Counted from the first letter of the stretch, positions 1-12,279 are shown. The stretch: 64,000 nt of DNA from Eledone cirrhosa (GCA_964016885.1 CAXHJY010000096.1:1054001-1118000); one strand, 5' to 3'. Translations and numbers: made by a program. The notes: a model not told the origin generated them from the sequence alone.

Positions 1-2125
1 AATGAAAGGGGAGATAATATCCAGCCGTCCAAGGGGAGATAATTTCCAGCCGTCCAAGGGGAGATAATTTCCAGCCGTCCAAGGGGAGATAATTTCCATC
101 CTTCCAAGGGGATATAATTTCCAGCCGTCCAAGGGGAGATAATTTCCCGCCAGCCAAGGGAAGATAATTTTTAAAAAAATCAGGCGGAGATTGTAAAAAA
201 AATCAGGGGGGAGATAATTTGTAAAAAAATCAGGGGGAGATAATTTGTAAAAAAAAATCAGGGGGAGATAATTTGTAAAAAATAATCAGGGGGAGATAAT
301 TTGTAAAAAAAAATCAAGGGGAGATAATTTCCAGCCGTCCAAGGGGAGATAATTTCCCGCCAGCCAAGGGAAGATAATATTTAAAAAAATTAGGCGGAGA
401 TAATTTGTAAAAAAAATCAGGGGGAGATAATTTGTAAAAAAATCAGGGGGAGATAATTTGTAAAAAAAATCAGGGGGAGATAATTTGTAAAAAAATTCAT
501 GGGGAGATAATTTGTAAAAAAAAATCAGGGGTAGATAATTTGTAAAAAAAAATCAGGGGGAGATAATTTGTAAAAAAAAAATCAGGGGGAGATAATTTGT
601 AAAAAAAAATCAGGGGGAGATAATTTGTAAAAAAAATCAAGGGGAGATAATTTCCAGCCGTCCAAGGGAAGATAATTTCCAGCCCTCCAAGGGGCTATAA
701 TTTCCAGCGTCCAAGGGGAGATAATTTCCAGCCAGCGAAGGGGAGATAATTTTTTTTAAAAAATCATTGGGAGATTTGTAAAAAAAATCAGGGGGAGATA
801 ATTTGTAAAAAAAATCAAGGGGAGATAATTTCCAGCCGTCCAAGGGGAGGTAATATCTAGCCGTCCAAGGGGAGATAATTTCCAGCCGTCCAAGGGGAGA
901 TAATTTCCAGCCGTCCAAGGGTAGATAATATCCAGCCGTCCAAGGACATATTTTCCAGCCGTCCAAGGAGAGGTAATTTCTAGCCGTCCAAGGGGAGATA
1001 AATTCCAGCCTCCAAGGTGAGATAATTTCCAGCCAGCCAAGGGGAGATAATTTGTAAAAAAATCAGGGGGAGATAATTTGTAAAAAAAATCAGGGGGAGA
1101 TAATTTGTAAAAAAAAATCAGGGGGAGATAATTTGTAAAAAAAAATCAGGGGGAGATAATTTGTAAAAAAAAATCAGGGGGAGATAATTTGTAAAAAAAT
1201 CAAGGGGAGATAATTTCCAGCCGTCCAAGGGGAGATAATTTTCAGCCGTCCAAGGGGAGATAATTTCCCGCCAGCCAAGGGAAGATAATATTTGAAAAAA
1301 TCAGGCGGAGATAATTTGTAAAAAAAATCAGGGGGAGATAATTTGTAAAAAAATCAGGGGGAGATAATTTGTAAAAAAAAAATCAGGGGGAGATAATTTG
1401 TAAAAAGAATCAGGGGGAGATAATTTGTAAAAAAAAATCAGGGGTAGATAAATTGTAAAAAAAAATCAGGGGGAGATAATTTGTAAAAAAAATCAGGGGG
1501 AGATAATTTGTAAAAAAAATGAAAGGGGAGATAATATCCAGCCGTCCAAGGGGAGATAATTTCCAGCCGTCCAAGGGGAGATAATTTCCAGCCGTCCAAG
1601 GGGAGATAATTTCCATCCTTCCAAGGGGATATAATTTCCAGCCGTCCAAGGGGAGATAATTTCCCGCCAGCCAAGGGAAGATAATTTTTAAAAAAATCAG
1701 GCGGAGATTGTAAAAAAAATCAGGGGGGAGATAATTTGTAAAAAAATCAGGGGGAGATAATTTGTAAAAAAAAATCAGGGGGAGATAATTTGTAAAAAAT
1801 AATCAGGGGGAGATAATTTGTAAAAAAAAATCAAGGGGAGATAATTTCCAGCCGTCCAAGGGGAGATAATTTCCCGCCAGCCAAGGGAAGATAATATTTA
1901 AAAAAATTAGGCGGAGATAATTTGTAAAAAAAATCAGGGGGAGATAATTTGTAAAAAAATCAGGGGGAGATAATTTGTAAAAAAAATCAGGGGGAGATAA
2001 TTTGTAAAAAAATTCATGGGGAGATAATTTGTAAAAAAAAATCAGGGGTAGATAATTTGTAAAAAAAAATCAGGGGGAGATAATTTGTAAAAAAAAAATC
2101 AGGGGGAGATAATTTGTAAAAAAAA
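1..2125. repeat. 1517-bp HOR, about 1.4 copies visible
   Basis: AATGAAAGGGGAGATAATATCC at 1 and 1518, with the following variant order (CATCCTTCC, GGCGGAGATTGT, AATTCATGG) repeated. Confidence 0.9.
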
Positions 2126-4141
2126 TCAAGGGGAGATAATTTCCAGCCGTCCAAGGGGAGATAATTTTCAGTCGTCCAAGGAGAGGTAATTTCTAGCCGT
2201 CCAAGGGGAGATAATTTCCAGCCGTCCAAGGGGAGATAATTTCCAGCCGTCCAAGGGGAGATAATTTTTTTTAAAAAATCAGGCGGAGATAATTTGTAAA
2301 AAAAATCAGGGGGAGATAATTTGTAAACAAAATCAGGGGGAGATAATTTGTAAAAAAAAATCAGGGGGAGATAATTTGTAAAAAAAATTAGGCGTAGATA
2401 ATTTTTAAAAAAAAATCAGGGGGAGATAATTTGTAAAAAAAAATCAGGGGGAGATAATTTGTTTAAAAAATCAAGGGGAGATAATTTGCAGCCGTCCAAG
2501 GGGAGATAATTTTCAGCCGTCCAAGGAGAGGTAATTTCTAGCCGTTCAAGGGGAGATAATTTCCAGCCGTCCAAGGGGAGATAATTTCCAGCCGTCCAAG
2601 GGGAGATAATTTTTTTTAAAAAATCAGGCGGAGATAATTTGTAAAAAAAAATCAGGGGGAGATAATTCGTAAAAAAAAATCAGGGGGAGATAATTTGTAA
2701 AAAAAAATCAGGGGGAGATAATTTGTAAAAAAAATCAAGGGGAGATAATTTCCAGCCGTCCAAGGGGAGGTAATATCTAGCCGTCCAAGGGGAGATAATT
2801 TCCAGCCGTCCAAGGGGAGATAATTTCCAGCCGTCCAAGGGGAGATAATTTCCAGCCGTCCAAGGAGACATATTTTCCAGCCGTCCAAGGCGAGGTAATT
2901 TCTAGCCGTCCAAGGGGAGATTAATTCCAGCCTCCAAGGGGAGATAATTTCCAGCCAGCCAAGGGGAGATAATTTGTAAAAAAATCAGGGGGAGATAATT
3001 TGTAAAAAATATCAGGGAGATAATTTGTAAAAAAAAATCAGGGGGAGATAATTTGTAAAAAAAATCAGGGGGAGATAATTTGTAAAAAAAAATCAGGGGG
3101 AGATAATTTGTAAAAAAAATCAAGGGGAGATAATTTCCAGCCGTCCAAGGGGAGATAATTTTCAGCCGTCCAAGGAGAGGTAATTTCTAACCGTCCGAGG
3201 AGAGATAATTTCCAGCCGTCCAAGGGGAGATAATTTCCAGCCGTCCAAGGGGAGATAATTTCCAGCCGTCCAAGGAGACATATTTTCCAGCCGTCCAAGG
3301 AGAGGTAAATTCTAGCCGTCCAAGGGGAGATAAATTCCAGCCTCCAAGGGGAGATAATTTCCAGCCAGCCAAGGGGAGATAATTTGTAAAAAAATCAGGG
3401 GGAGATAATTTGCAAAAAAAATCAGGGGGAGATAATTTGTAAAAAAAATCAGGGGGAGATAATTTGTAAAAAATAATCAGGGGGAGATAATTTCCAGCCC
3501 TCCAAGGGGCTATAATTTCCAGTGTCCAAGGGGAGATAATTTCCAGCCAGCGAAGGGGAGATAATTTTTTTTTAAAAATCATTGGGAGATTTGTAAAAAA
3601 AATCAGGGGGAGATAATTTGTAAAAAAAATCAAGGGGAGATAATTTCCAGCCGTCCAAGGGGAGGTAATATCTAGCCGTCCAAGGGTAGATAATTTCCAG
3701 CCGTCCAACGGGAGATAATTTCCAGCCGTCCAAGGGTAGATAATATCCAGCCGCCCAAGGACATATTTTCCAGCCGTCCAAGGAGAGGTAATTTCTAGCC
3801 GTCCAAGGGGAGATAATTTCCAGCCGTCCAAGGGTAGATAATATCCATCCGTCCAAGGACATATTTTCCAGCCGTCCAAGGAGAGGTAATTTCTAGCCGT
3901 CCAAGGGGAGATAAATTCCAGCCTCCAAGGGGAGATAATTTCCAGCCAGCCAAGGGGAGATAATTTGTAAAAAAATCAGGGGGAGATAATTTGTAAAAAA
4001 AATCAGGGGGAGATAATTTGTAAAAAAAAATCAGGGGGAGATAATTTGTAAAAAAAAATCAGGGTGAGATAATTTGCAAAAAAAATCAGGGGGAGATAAT
4101 TTGTAAAAAAAAATCAGGGGGAGATAATTTGTAAAAAAAAT

Positions 4142-4440
4142 CAAGGGGAGATAATTTCCAGCCGTCCAAGGAGAGATAATTTAAAAAAAAATCAGGCGGA
4201 GATAATTTGTAAAAAAAAATCAGGGGGAGATAATTTGTAAAAAAAATCAGGGGGAGATAATTTGTAAAAAAAAATCAGGGGTAGATAATTTGTAAAAAAA
4301 AATCAGGGGGAGATAATTTGTAAAAAAAAATCAGGAGGAGATAATTTGTAAAAAAAATCAAGGGGAGATAATTTCCAGCCGTCCAAGGAGAGATAATTTT
4401 AAAAAAAATCAGGCGGAGATAATTTGTAAAAAAAAATCAG
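4142..4440. repeat. 217-bp local unit (one A monomer plus seven B-type monomers) in partial tandem. Recurs at about 10682/10899, 16481/16698 and 23502/23719, among others.
   Basis: CAAGGGGAGATAATTTCCAGCCGTCCAAGGAGAGATAATTT(T)AAAAAAAATCAGGCGG at 4142 and 4359. Confidence 0.8.
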
Positions 4441-4814
4441 GGGGAGATAATTTGTAAAAAAAAATCAGGGGGAGATAATTTGTAAAAAAAATCAAGGGGA
4501 GATAATTTCCAGCCGTCCAAGGGGAGATAATTTTCAGCCGTCCAAGGGGAGATAATTTCCCGCCAGCCAAGGGAAGATAATATTCAAAAAAATCAGGCGG
4601 AGATAATTTGTAAAAAAAATCAGGGGGAGATAATTTGTAAAAAAATCAGGGGGAGATAATTTGTAAAAAAAAAAATCAGGGGGAGATAATTTGTAAAAAA
4701 AAATCAGGGGGAGATAATTTGTAAAAAAAATCAGGGGTAGATAATTTGTAAAAAAAAATCAGGGGGAGATAATTTGTAAAAAAAAATCAGGGGGAGATAA
4801 TTTGTAAAAAAAAT

Positions 4815-5214
4815 GAAAGGGGAGATAATATCCAGCCGTCCAAGGGGAGATAATTTCCAGCCGTCCAAGGGGAGATAATTTCCAGCCGTCCAAGGGGAGA
4901 TAATTTCCATCCTTCCAAGGGGATATAATTTCCAGCCGTCCAAGGGGAGATAATTTCCATCCTTCCAAGGGGATATAATTTCCAGCCGTCCAAGGGGAGA
5001 TAATTTTCAGCCGTCCAAGGAGAGGTAATTTCTAGCCGTCCAAGGAGAGATAATTTCCAGCCGTCCAAGGGGAGATAATTTCCAGCCGTCCAAGGGGAGA
5101 TAATTTCCAGCCGTCCAAGGAGACATATTTTCCAGCCGTCCAAGGAGAGGTAATTCCTAACCGTCCAAGGGGAGATAAATTCCAGCCTCCAAGGGGAGAT
5201 AATTTCCAGCCAGC
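4815..5214. repeat. 400-bp module of 16 A monomers with a fixed variant order, the longest A run. 17 copies in the window.
   Basis: Starts GAAAGGGGAGATAATATCC and ends CCAGCCAGC. Copies end at 5214, 11754, 13065, 13896, 17553, 24573, 28040, 34125, 37299, 43792, 50333, 51644, 52475, 60938, 61849, 62679 and 63591, tracked by the repeated 61-aa ORF MAGWKLSPLGGWNLSPLGRLGITSP. Confidence 0.92.
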
Positions 5215-8200
5215 CAAGGGGAGATAATTTGTAAAAAAAATCAGGGGGAGATAATTTGTAAAAAAAATCAGGGGGAGATAATTTGTAAAAAAAAATCAGG
5301 GGTAGATAATTTGTAAAAAATAATCAGGGGGAGATAATTTGTAAAAAAAATCAAGGGGAGATAATTTCCAGCCGTCCAAGGGGAGATAATTTTCAGCCGT
5401 CCAAGGGGAGATAATTTCCCGCCAGCCAAGGGAAGATAATATTTAAAAAAATTAGGCGGAGATAATTTGTAAAAAAAATCAGGGGGAGATAATTTGTAAA
5501 AAAATCAGGGGGAGATAATTTGTAAAAAAAATCAGGGGGAGATAATTTGTAAAAAAAATCAGGGGGAGATAATTTGTAAAAAAAAATCAGGGGGAGATAA
5601 TTTGTAAAAAAAATCAAGGGGAGATAATTTCCAGCCGTCCAAGGGAAGATAATTTCCAGCCCTCCAAGGGGCTATAATTTCCAGCGTCCAAGGGGAGATA
5701 ATTTCCAGCCAGCGAAGGGGAGATAATTTTTTTTAAAAAATCATTGGGAGATTTGTAAAAAAAATCAGGGGGAGATAATTTGTAAAAAAAATCAAGGGGA
5801 GATAATTTCCAGCCGTCCAAGGGGAGGTAATATCTAGCCGTCCAAGGGGAGATAATTTCCAGCCGTCCAAGGGGAGATAATTTCCAGCCGTCCAAGGGTA
5901 GATAATATCCAGCCGTCCAAGGACATATTTTCCAGCCGTCCAAGGAGAGGTAATTTCTAGCCGTCCAAGGGGAGATAAATTCCAGCCTCCAAGGTGAGAT
6001 AATTTCCAGCCAGCCAAGGGGAGATAATTTGTAAAAAAATCAGGGGGAGATAATTTGTAAAAAAAATCAGGGGGAGATAATTTGTAAAAAAAAATCAGGG
6101 GGAGATAATTTGTAAAAAAAAATCAGGGGGAGATAATTTGTAAAAAAAAATCAGGGGGAGATAATTTGTAAAAAAATCAAGGGGAGATAATTTCCAGCCG
6201 TCCAAGGGGAGATAATTTTCAGCCGTCCAAGGGGAGATAATTTCCCGCCAGCCAAGGGAAGATAATATTTGAAAAAATCAGGCGGAGATAATTTGTAAAA
6301 AAAATCAGGGGGAGATAATTTGTAAAAAAATCAGGGGGAGATAATTTGTAAAAAAAAAATCAGGGGGAGATAATTTGTAAAAAGAATCAGGGGGAGATAA
6401 TTTGTAAAAAAAAATCAGGGGTAGATAAATTGTAAAAAAAAATCAGGGGGAGATAATTTGTAAAAAAAATCAGGGGGAGATAATTTGTAAAAAAAATGAA
6501 AGGGGAGATAATATCCAGCCGTCCAAGGGGAGATAATTTCCAGCCGTCCAAGGGGAGATAATTTCCAGCCGTCCAAGGGGAGATAATTTCCATCCTTCCA
6601 AGGGGATATAATTTCCAGCCGTCCAAGGGGAGATAATTTCCCGCCAGCCAAGGGAAGATAATTTTTAAAAAAATCAGGCGGAGATTGTAAAAAAAATCAG
6701 GGGGGAGATAATTTGTAAAAAAATCAGGGGGAGATAATTTGTAAAAAAAAATCAGGGGGAGATAATTTGTAAAAAATAATCAGGGGGAGATAATTTGTAA
6801 AAAAAAATCAAGGGGAGATAATTTCCAGCCGTCCAAGGGGAGATAATTTTCCGCCAGCCAAGGGAAGATAATATTTAAAAAAATTAGGCGGAGATAATTT
6901 GTAAAAAAAATCAGGGGGAGATAATTTGTAAAAAAATCAGGGGGAGATAATTTGTAAAAAAAATCAGGGGGAGATAATTTGTAAAAAAATTCATGGGGAG
7001 ATAATTTGTAAAAAAAAATCAGGGGTAGATAATTTGTAAAAAAAATCAGGGGGAGATAATTTGTAAAAAAAAATCAGGGGGAGATAATTTGTAAAAAAAA
7101 TCAAGGGGAGATAATTTCCAGCCGTCCAAGGGGAGATAATTTTCAGCCGTCCAAGGAGAGGTAATTTCTAGCCGTCCAAGGGGAGATAATTTCCAGCCGT
7201 CCAAGGGGAGGTAATTTCCAGCCGTCCAAGGGGAGATAATTTAAAAAAAAAAATCAGGCGGAGATAATTTGTAAAAAAAATCAAGGGGAGATAATTTGCA
7301 GCCGTCCAAGGGGAGATAATTTTCAGTCGTCCAAGGAGAGGTAATTTCTAGCCGTCCAAGGGGAGATAATTGCCAGCCGTCCAAGGGGAGATAATTTCCA
7401 GCCGTCCAAGGGGAGATAATTTTTTTTAAAAAATCAGGCGGAGATAATTTGTAAAAAAAATCAGGGGGAGATAATTTGTAAACAAAATCAGGGGGAGATA
7501 ATTTGTAAAAAAAAATCAGGGGGAGATAATTTGTAAAAAAAATCATGGAGAGATAATTTCCAGCCGTCCAAGGTGAGATAATTTCCAGCCGTCCAAGGAG
7601 ACATATTTTCCAGCCGTCCAAGGCGAGGTAATTTCTAGCCGTCCAAGGGTAGATAAATTCCAGCCTCCAAGGGGAGATAATTTCCAGCCAGCCAAGTGGA
7701 GATAATTTGTAAAAAAATCAGGGGGAGATAATTTGTAAAAAATATCAGGGAGATAATTTGTAAAAAAAAATCAGGGGGAGATAATTTGTAAAAAAAATCA
7801 GGGGGAGATAATTTGTAAAAAAAAATCAGGGGGAGATAATTTGTAAAAAAAATCAAGGGGAGATAATTTCCAGCCGTCCAAGGGGAGATAATTTTCAGCC
7901 GTCCAAGGGGAGATAATTTCCCGCCAGCCAAGGGAAGATAATATTTAAAAAAATCAGGCGGAGATAATTTGTAAAAAAAATCAGGGGGAGATAATTTGTA
8001 AAAAAATCAGGGGGAGATAATTTGTAAAAAAAAAATCAGGGGGAGATAATTTGTAAAAAAAATCAGGGGGAGATAATTTGTAAAAAAAAATCAGGGGTAG
8101 ATAATTTGTAAACAAAAATCAGGGGGAGATAATTTGTAAAAAAAAATCAGGGGGAGATAATTTGTAAAAAAAATGAAAGGGGAGATAATATCCAGCCGTC

Positions 8201-11200
8201 CAAGGGGAGATAATTTCCAGCCGTCCAAGGGGATATAATTTCCAGCCGTCCAAGGTGAGATAATTTCCATCCTTCCAAGGGGATATAATTTCCAGCCGTC
8301 CAAGGGGAGATAATTTCCCGCCAGCCAAGGGAAGATAATTTTTAAAAAAATCAGGCGGAGATTGTAAAAAAAATCAGGGGGGAGATAATTTGTAAAAAAA
8401 TCAGGGGGAGATAATTTGTAAAAAATAATCAGGGGGAGATAATTTGTAAAAAAATTCAAGGGGAGATAATTTCCAGCCGTCCAAGGGGAGATAATTTCCC
8501 GCCAGCCAAGGGAAGATAATATTTAAAAAAATTAGGCGGAGATAATTTGTAAAAAAAATCAGGGGGAGATAATTTGTAAAAAAATCAGGGGGAGATAATT
8601 TGTAAAAAAAATCAGGGGGAGATAATTTGTAAAAAAAATCATGGGGAGATAATTTGTAAAAAAAAATCAGGGGTAGATAATTTGTAAAAAAAAATCAGGG
8701 GGAGATAATTTGTAAAAAAAAATCAGGGGGAGATAATTTGTAAAAAAAATCAAGGGGAGATAATATCCAGCCGTCCAAGGAGAGATAATTTAAAAAAAAA
8801 ATGAGGCGGAGATAATTTGTAAAAAAAAAATCAGGGGGAGTTAATTTGTAAAAAAAAATGAGGGGGAGATAATTTGTAAAAAAAATCAAGGGGAGATAAT
8901 TTCCAGCCGTCCAAGGGGAGATAATTTTCAGCCGTCCAAGGAGAGGTAATTTCTAGCCGTCCAAGGGGAGATAATTTCCAGCCGTCCAAGGGGAGGTAAT
9001 TTCCAGCCGTCCAAGGGGAGATAATTTTTAAAAAAAAATCAGGCGGAGATAATTTGTAAAAAAAATCAAGGGGAGATAATTTGCAGCCGTCCAAGGGGAG
9101 ATAATTTTCAGTCGTCCAAGGAGAGGTAATTTCTAGCCGTCCAAGGGGAGATAATTTCCAGCCGTCCAAGGGGAGATAATTTCCAGCCGTCCAAGGGGAG
9201 ATAATTTTTTTTAAAAAATCAGGCGGAGATAATTTGTAAAAAAAATCAGGGGGAGATAATTTGTAAACAAAATCAGGGGGAGATAATTTGTAAAAAAAAA
9301 TCAGGGGGAGATAATTTGTAAAAAAAATTAGGCGTAGATAATTTGTAAAAAAAAATCAGGGGGAGATAATTTGTAAAAAAAAATCAGGGGGAGATAATTT
9401 GTTTAAAAAATCAAGGGGAGATAATTTGCAGCCGTCCAAGGGGAGATAATTTTCAGCCGTCCAAGGAGAGGTAATTTCTAGCCGTTCAAGGGGAGATAAT
9501 TTCCAGCCGTCCAAGGGGAGATAATTTCCAGCCGTCCAAGGGGAGATAATTTTTTTTAAAAAATCAGGCGGAGATAATTTGTAAAAAAAAATCAGGGGGA
9601 GATAATTCGTAAAAAAAAATCAGGGGGAGTTAATTTGTAAAAAAAAATCAGGGGGAGATAATTTGTAAAAAAAATCAAGGGGAGATAATTTCCAGCCGTC
9701 CAAGGGGAGGTAATATCTAGCCGTCCAAGGGGAGATAATTTCCAGCCGTCCAAGGGGAGATAATTTCCAGCCGTCCAAGGGGAGATAATTTCCAGCCGTC
9801 CAAGGAGACATATTTTCCAGCCGTCCAAGGCGAGGTAATTTCTAGCCGTCCAAGGGGAGATTAATTCCAGCCTCCAAGGGGAGATAATTTCCAGCCAGCC
9901 AAGGGGAGATAATTTGTAAAAAAATCAGGGGGAGATAATTTGTAAAAAATATCAGGGAGATAATTTGTAAAAAAAAATCAGGGGGAGATAATTTGTAAAA
10001 AAAATCAGGGGGAGATAATTTGTAAAAAAAAATCAGGGGGAGATAATTTGTAAAAAAAATCAAGGGGAGATAATTTCCAGCCGTCCAAGGGGAGATAATT
10101 TTCAGCCGTCCAAGGAGAGGTAATTTCTAACCGTCCGAGGAGAGATAATTTCCAGCCGTCCAAGGGGAGATAATTTCCAGCCGTCCAAGGAGACATATTT
10201 TCCAGCCGTCCAAGGAGAGGTAATTTCTAGCCGTCCAAGGGGAGATAAATTCCAGCCTCCAAGGGGAGATAATTTCCAGCCAGCCAAGGGGAGATAATTT
10301 GTAAAAAAATCAGGGGGAGATAATTTGCAAAAAAAATCAGGGGGAGATAATTTGTAAAAAAAATCAGGGGGAGATAATTTGTAAAAAATAATCAGGGGGA
10401 GATAATTTCCAGCCGTCCAAGGGAAGATAATTTCCAGCCCTCCAAGGGGCTATAATTTCCAGTGTCCAAGGGGAGATAATTTCCAGCCAGAGAAGGGGAG
10501 ATAATTTTTTTTAAAAAATCATTGGGAGATTTGTAAAAAAAATCAGGGGGAGATAATTTGCAAAAAAAATCAGGGGGAGATAATTTGTAAAAAAAAATCA
10601 GGGGTAGATAATTTGTAAAAAAAAATCAGGGGGAGATAATTTGTAAAAAAAAATCAGGGGGAGATAATTTGTAAAAAAAATCAAGGGGAGATAATTTCCA
10701 GCCGTCCAAGGAGAGATAATTTTAAAAAAAATCAGGCGGAGATAATTTGTAAAAAAAAATCAGGGGGAGATAATTTGTAAAAAAAATCAGGGGGAGATAA
10801 TTTGTAAAAAAAAATCAGGGGTAGATAATTTGTAAAAAAAAATCAGGGGGAGATAATTTGTAAAAAAAAATCAGGGGGAGATAATTTGTAAAAAAAATCA
10901 AGGGGAGATAATTTCCAGCCGTCCAAGGAGAGATAATTTTAAAAAAAATCAGGCGGAGATAATTTGTAAAAAAAAATTAGGGGGAGATAATTTGTAAAAA
11001 AAAATCAGGGGGAGATAATTTGTAAAAAAAATCAAGGGGAGATAATTTCCAGCCGTCCAAGGGGAGATAATTTTCAGCCGTCCAAGGGGAGATAATTTCC
11101 CGCCAGCCAAGGGAAGATAATATTCAAAAAAATCAGGCGGAGATAATTTGTAAAAAAAATCAGGGGGAGATAATTTGTAAAAAAATCAGGGGGAGATAAT

Positions 11201-12279
11201 TTGTAAAAAAAAAAATCAGGGGGAGATAATTTGTAAAAAAAATCAGGGGGAGATAATTTGTAAAAAAAAATCAGGGGTAGATAATTTGTAAAAAAAAATC
11301 AGGGGGAGATAATTTGTAAAAAAAAATCAGGGGCAGATAATTTGTAAAAAAAATGAAAGGGGAGATAATATCCAGCCGTCCAAGGGGAGATAATTTCCAG
11401 CCGTCCAAGGGGAGATAATTTCCAGCCGTCCAAGGGGAGAAAATTTCCATCCTTCCAAGGGGATATAATTTCCAGCCGGCCAAGGGGAGATAATTTCCAT
11501 CCTTCCAAGGGGATATAATTTCCAGCCGTCCAAGGGGAGATAATTTTCAGCCGTCCAAGGAGAGGTAATTTCTAGCCGTCCAAGGAGAGATAATTTCCAG
11601 CCGTCCAAGGGGAGATAATTTCCAGCCGTCCAAGGGGAGATAATTTCCAGCCGTCCAAGGAGACATATTTTCCAGCCGTCCAAGGAGAGGTAATTCCTAG
11701 CCGTCCAAGGGGAGATAAATTCCAGCCTCCAAGGGGAGATAATTTCCAGCCAGCCAAGGGGAGATAATTTGTAAAAAAAATCAGGGGGAGATAATTTCTA
11801 AAAAAAATCAGGGGGAGATAATTTGTAAAAAAAAATCAGGGGGAGATAATTTGTAAAAAATAATCAGGGGGAGATAATTTGTAAAAAAAATCAAGGGGAG
11901 ATAATTTCCAGCCGTCCAAGGGGAGATAATTTTCAGCCGTCCAAGGGGAGATAATTTCCCACCAGCCAAGGGAAGATAATATTTAAAAAAATTATGCGGA
12001 GATAATTTGTAAAAAAAATCAGGGGGAGATAATTTGTAAAAAAATCAGGGGGAGATAATTTGTAAAAAAAATCAGGGGGAGATAATTTGTAAAAAAAATC
12101 AGGGGGAGATAATTTGTAAAAAAAAATCAGGGGTAGATAATTTGTAAAAAAAATCAGGGGGAGATAATTTGTAAAAAAAAATCAGGGGGAGATAATTTGT
12201 AAAAAAAATCAAGGGGAGATAATTTCCAGCCGTCCAAGGAGAGATAATTTTAAAAAAAATCAGGCGGAGATAATTTGTA

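Noticed and set aside
363-636. Poly-T runs on the minus strand as terminators or phase-variation tracts
   Set aside because: There is no preceding GC hairpin and no credible gene or promoter. The tracts are simply part of monomer B.
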